Shown: in pieces, positions 10,546-15,119 of the stretch | Numbering within the stretch: the first letter of the stretch is position 1 | Layout of the letters: every line of letters starts with the position of its first letter | Assembly (NCBI RefSeq): GCF_006345805.1 | Contig: NW_021826605.1 | Location: 1 to 15,119 of the forward strand | DNA from: Octopus sinensis | Taxonomy: Eukaryota | Reading direction: 5' to 3' | DNA length: 15,119 bases | Program-made: the position numbers and the translations under genes | Notes under the pieces: generated by a model | The model's database searches: none | What the model was told of the DNA's origin: nothing | Seen by the model: the letters and a program-made list of their open reading frames with translations, nothing else

Positions 10546-10745
10546 TTAGGCTTACGAGAAAGGGATGGCCTCCCTTCGCAAATACCATAAGAGCACAGAT
10601 AATGTGCCTAAAGCCAGCTGGAGACGATGATCTCCTGGGGCTAAAAGCTACAGTAACACCCCCCCTTTGTGGTTAGCCATATTGAGATGGCTATTATACT
10701 TTACATTGTCGAGCGGTTACTGTTTACATCTCGTTCAGAGATTTA

Positions 10746-10776
<31 letters not shown>

Positions 10777-10991
10777 ATATACCAAAGTAAGCACATAAAT
10801 GCGTAACAAGGTAGAAAAAACTTGTACTCGAATACCAGAATTGAGTAACATGCTTATTAGAAAGCAGCCAAAATATCACAAAAACTGTTACTCAGAGTTT
10901 CACGTTCCCTTTCGTCGGGCAGTTTTCTAAACAAAACTGTTCGACGAACGATAACGTGAACTCTGAGTAACAGTATTTGTGATATATATAC

Positions 10992-11064
<73 letters not shown>

Positions 11065-11068
11065 ATTA

Positions 11069-13384
11069 TAAAGTATAATAGCCATCTCAATATGGCTAAC
11101 CACAAAGGGGGGGGTGTTACTGTAGCTTTTAGCCCCAGGAGATCATCGTCTCCAGCTGGCTTTAGGCACACTATCTGTGCCCTTATGCTATTTGCAAAGG
11201 GAGGCCATCCCTTTCTCGTAAGCCTAAGTGATACGCACGGACTGCAGTTTCGAGGTTGTCAACGGGCGGTAATCACCGGATGAACTCCTGGGGCTAAAAG
11301 CTACAGTAACACCCCCCTTTGTGGTTAGCCATATTGAGATGGCTATTATACTTTACATTGTCGAGGGGCTACTGTTTACATCTCGTTCAGAGATTTAATA
11401 ATGCTTGCAGACAGTTTTTCGAAATCAGTGACGGAAGTTACTAGAAAAACACTTATATATTTGCATACAGGCTTTCCCTTTCATCGTGATCCGGTGGTTT
11501 TTTTGTTTGTGTCGGATATTTTGGATTAAGTTTATTGTGTATCGCGGTTGTGAGTTTGAATTCGTTGGTGGAAGCTGTTACGGCGTGGTGAATTGTGGGT
11601 GTTTTTTTCGAATATGCAAACCCAAACTTATGTAGGAGCGGCAGGCAAGGCTCTGGCTGCGACCGAGCTGCAGTTGGAGGAAGTGGTCGTCGAGAAGGAG
11701 AGCCTGAAGGAATACTTCAACAGTTTCAAGAAGGAGGGTGACTGCCTGAGAGTCACACTACCAGAAGACGAAGTGAAGGAGGCAGAGAGGCGTATTGTGA
11801 CATATAGAACGTGGAGCGTGGCTTCGAAGAAAATAGAAGTGGCAGAGGTAAAGGAAATCGAGAGGTGTTTGCAGGAGATGAAGAAAAAGCTACCTTCTAT
11901 AATAGAGGTAGAAAGTACGCGACGGGGGTAGTCATTTTGAGAAAGAAGCTGAAGCGAAGAAGAACGCTACGAAGATATTGAAAAATGAAAAATGGGTATT
12001 ACTACCTAGCTATTGTGGAAGACGAGCGGTGAGAATAAGATCAGCAAAATTTCACCAGAATTGAAAATGGAGAGAATTATAGCAGCAACAATATTTAACT
12101 GCAAGGAGAATGTCGAGAATTGAAGATAGAAAGGTCGAAGGAGTAAAGAGGTGGGGTTATGCAGTACAGGCTTTGGTACACATAACCATGCCAGACATGT
12201 ATAACATCCCTGAAGAGTTGGTGTTCCCGACGAGACACGACTCATAGTCATGGTAGAGGGGAGACCCCCAGTGTGCTACACATGCAAGATTAGAGGCCAC
12301 ATGAAGGATGTGTGTCCGCAAAAAAAGTACAAGAGGAGATGATAACATTGGAGGCTCTGACAGAGGAATTGCAAATGGCGGATGTAGAAGAAGAAAGTGT
12401 GGATACAGATAATGTGAAAGTGGTAATGAGTTGTAAAGGAGGAAGAAAAGGAAAGAACAGAAGGAAAAGAAGATAGGAAGAGAACGCGGGTGGAATCATC
12501 ACCTAAAGTACAACAAAAAAAAAAAGAAAAAAACCAAAAAGAAGACTACCGACGAGAGAGGTTCGAACGCACGAAGAGGAAGATACTGAAACAAAAGCGA
12601 GTGAAGTTTCAAGGAGAAAGAATGGGAAAGTAAAGTGGAAGATTGGCTGAGAGTATGTAGGGAAGGAAGTAGACCAAAAGAAGAATTTGAAAGCGGTAAT
12701 GTTGTACAAGAAGGACAAGGAAATTGAGAGTTGGCAAAATAGAAAAATTTAACCAGAGTGAAATTAAATCGAAAATGTTTGATGACCAGGTGAAGGCGGC
12801 GATTGTGGAAAGAGAGACAGGGATGAAACTGAGCAAAGTGTATACAGGATATGCATAATGCAATACGTTCGGTACGAGAGTTTGCCAGGGATTATAGAGC
12901 AGAGGAAGTACTTGAATACATAACAGATGAACGCCCGGAATATAAAACAATTTAAATGAAACTGTGAGCTTGGGGACCCATAAGACATTTCATTAATTCA
13001 TTAAATAATTCATTGTCATACCATACTTTTCGATTTTTTATTATATGACCCCATGTCCTGTATTGTAATGTCTCCTCTGAATTTGGGCCATTGTGCCTAT
13101 AATAAAGAGTTAATCGTGATCCGGTGATTACCGCCCGTTGACAAGAGGCAACACCTCGAAACTGCAGTCCGTGCGTATCACTTAGGCTTACGAGAAAGGG
13201 ATGGCCTCCCTCCTCGCAAATACCATAAGAGCACAGATAATGTGCCTAAAGCCAGCTGGAGACGATGATCTCCTGGGGATAAAAAGCTACAGTAACCCCC
13301 CCCCTTTGTGGTTAGCCATATTGAGATGGCTATTATACTTTACATTGTCGAGCGGTTACTGTTTACATCTCGTTCAGAGATTTA
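11069..13384 (+). mobile_element. Second copy of the composite hammerhead/Gag-like element
   Basis: Same architecture; 14-bp repeats at 11483-11496 and 13113-13126. The ORF is broken by extra indels and the antisense HHR has lost 10 bp of stem II (about 11258). Confidence 0.85.
13124..13181 (+). ncRNA. Type I hammerhead ribozyme (U3-A8 variant), copy 2
   Basis: TTGACAA 13138-13144, gagg(caaca)cctc, GAAAC 13158-13162, tgca, GTC 13167-13169. Confidence 0.8.
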
Positions 13385-13675
13385 TAATATATATTATATA
13401 TTATATATATATATATATATATATTAAATTTAAGTATATATATATATAAGAAATATTGAATTTCTAAATCTCTCGTAGAGACATGTACGGTGGTAGGGCG
13501 ATAGAATGGTTGTATACTGTCAATCTAACAAGAACGTGACAGTAGGGGGTACACCACCGTTGTATAGCCCTAGGAGGCATCGAACGCCTCCTGACAGTTT
13601 CGACACATTTTTTTCCCTGTGTCCTTATATACATATACGAAGGGGAGACAAACACCCCTAACCGCCGGAACTGCA

Positions 13676-13721
13676 TCTAGGGACACCGTGTTTCAGGATC
13701 ATTGTCCTTCATCGGCCTAGA
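13676..13721 (-). ncRNA. Type I hammerhead ribozyme (C4 core variant)
   Basis: Minus strand: tctagg-CCGATGA-agga(caatga)tcct-GAAAC-acggt-GTC-cctaga; 6-bp perfect stem I, 4-bp stem II. Confidence 0.75.
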
Positions 13722-13928
13722 GTAGTAGACACCGGTCGGCTGGTGATATTTGCCTGGACTTCGCATCTGTATATATGTAAACCATTCTATCGCCCCACCA
13801 CCGTACATGTCTCTACGAGAGATTTAGAAATTCAATATTTCTTATTTTGATAATCAGTGAATAAACTTCACTGAGTTTACATATATACAGATGCGAAGTC
13901 CAGGCAAATATCACCAGCCGACCGGTGT

Positions 13929-13986
13929 CTGCTACTCTAGGCCGATGAAGGACAATGATCCTGAAACGCGGTGTCCCCAGATGCAG
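13929..13986 (+). ncRNA. Type I hammerhead ribozyme (C4 core variant), sense copy with a stem I mismatch
   Basis: ctgc-tac-tctagg-CCGATGA (13942-13948)-agga(caatga)tcct-GAAAC-gcggt-GTC (13973-13975)-cccaga-t-gcag. Confidence 0.7.
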
Positions 13987-14149
13987 TTCCGGCGGTTGGG
14001 GGTGTTTGTCTCCCCTTCGTATATGTATATAAGGACACAGGGAAAAATGTGTCGAAGCTGTCAGGAGGCGTTCGATGCCTCCTAGGGCTATACAACGGTG
14101 GTGTACCCCCTATTGTCACGTTCTTGTTAGATTGACAGTATACAACCAT

Positions 14150-14212
<63 letters not shown>

Positions 14213-14402
14213 ATTATATATATATATCTATATATATATATATATATATAAAGGGACTAGTTATGGAGCAGTTACTGTCATATCTCATTTAGAGAATTAT
14301 TATTGCTGTCGAACAGATTTTCGAAATCAGCAAATGTATTTTGCTTGAAAATCTATATATAAATATCCTGCAGAGTGAGTTGTTCGTCGAGGAGGCGGGT
14401 GC

Positions 14403-14455
14403 CTACTACACGTTGATAATAGGCAATACACCTTGAAACCTAGGTCCGTGTGTGG
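14403..14455 (+). ncRNA. Type I hammerhead ribozyme (U3-A8 variant), unit 1
   Basis: cc-tac-tacacg-TTGATAA (14413-14419)-t-agg(caataca)cct-t-GAAAC-ctag-GTC (14444-14446)-cgtgtg-t-gg. Confidence 0.75.
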
Positions 14456-14764
14456 TTTCCGCTTCATCGGGTAATTATCTCCCTTTGCAGGATAGAGGAC
14501 GCCGTGATGGTGTCAAGCCTATCTGGCGACGTTGATGTTCGCCTGGGGCTAAATGCAACAGTAACACCCCCACCACCCTGCCCTGTCCCTAGCCATAGTC
14601 AGATGGCTTTAGTCCCTTATGTTATGGAGGCAGTTACTGTCTATATCTCATTTAGAGAATTATTATTGCTGTCGAACAGATTTTCGAAATCAGCAAATGT
14701 ATTTTGCTTGAAAATCTTATATAAATTCTCCTGCAGAGTGAGTTGTTCGTCGAGGAGGCGGGTG

Positions 14765-14818
14765 CCTACCACACGTTGATAATAGGCAATACACCTTGAA
14801 ACCTAGGTCCGTGTGTGG
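14765..14818 (+). ncRNA. Type I hammerhead ribozyme (U3-A8 variant), unit 2
   Basis: cc-tac-cacacg-TTGATAA (14776-14782)...GAAAC-ctag-GTC (14807-14809)-cgtgtg-t-gg; perfect 6-bp proximal stem I. Confidence 0.78.
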
Positions 14819-15119
14819 TTTCCGCTTCATGGGGAATTATCTCCCTTTGCAGGATAGAGGACGCCGTGATGGTGTCAAGCCTATCTGGCGACGTTGATGT
14901 TCGCCTGGGGCTAAATGCAACAGTAACACCCCCACCACCCTGCCCTGTCCCTAGCATATTCAGATGGCTTTAGTCCTTATGTTATATATATATATATATA
15001 TAATATATATATTATATATATATATATATTATATAAATATATATATATATCCGTAATTACGGAATGGAGTTCGTATGTTCCATACCAAGCGAGACCTCAG
15101 TAGTAGTAATTACCCAAAC

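Larger units (their letters stand above)
8407..10748 (+). mobile_element. Composite element: about 351-nt hammerhead (retrozyme/pLTR-like) unit in inverted-partial plus direct arrangement, interrupted by a Gag/ORF1-like cassette
   Basis: 8407-8628 is the reverse complement of 10482-10703. About 8626-8747 is a direct repeat of about 10626-10748. ATCGTGATCCGGTG occurs at 8827-8840 and 10476-10489. (TA)n on both sides. Confidence 0.85.
10781..13440 (+). repeat. Tandem second copy of the 2.66-kb block 8121-10780
   Basis: ACCAAAGTAAGCAC starts at both 8121 and 10781. Collinear throughout; differences are mostly 1-bp deletions in this copy. Confidence 0.92.
13446..14150 (+). mobile_element. Non-coding 364-nt hammerhead unit in inverted-partial plus direct arrangement, between (TA)n tracts
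   Basis: 13506-13782 is the inverse of 13875-14150; 13446-13512 is the inverse of 13781-13845. ACCATT recurs at 13781 and 14145 (period 364). Confidence 0.85.
14250..14984 (+). mobile_element. Tandem dimer of a 362-363-nt non-coding hammerhead unit (non-LTR retrozyme-like)
   Basis: CAGTTACTGTC at 14269 and 14631; one HHR per unit. A short inverted fragment (AAGGGACTA) sits at the left end, with (TA)n flanks. Collinear homology to the host unit of 8407-10748. Confidence 0.85.

Noticed and set aside
8407-10748. LTR or DIRS retrotransposon interpretation (Gag between repeats)
   Set aside because: No TG...CA termini, primer-binding site, RT or tyrosine recombinase. The repeats are explained as a permuted hammerhead monomer, and the Gag-like ORF has its own 14-bp flanking duplication.
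13891-14957. ORFs of 63-109 aa inside the small hammerhead units
   Set aside because: No recognisable motifs and not preserved between the two units or arms; the conservation seen is of RNA structure.
14269-14984. CRISPR array or ordinary satellite
   Set aside because: No short repeat-spacer pattern, and the context is eukaryotic. Only two units, each with a structured ribozyme.

Overview
Eukaryotic, AT-rich, repeat-dense DNA, most likely from a cephalopod (the tRNA-derived SINEs look like Octopus families; recognised from memory, not searched). There is one host gene, an intronless effector-type caspase (2586-3452, minus). The rest is microsatellites, five SINE copies, a mariner 3' fragment and a cluster of small (TA)n-flanked elements carrying type I hammerhead ribozyme (HHR) motifs. 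Three of these have monomers of about 350-365 nt and look like non-LTR retrozymes or Penelope pseudo-LTR units: 14250-14984 (tandem dimer), 13446-14150 (inverted plus direct) and 8407-10748. The last is interrupted by a 1.6-kb cassette with no reverse transcriptase, encoding a Gag/ORF1-like CCHC zinc-knuckle protein, flanked by an exact 14-bp duplication. The HHRs show non-canonical cores (U3-A8 compensatory pair; C at position 4) and a stem-I internal loop conserved across three families. The block 8121-10780 is repeated at about 10781-13440, and the second copy has many 1-bp deletions typical of long-read error.
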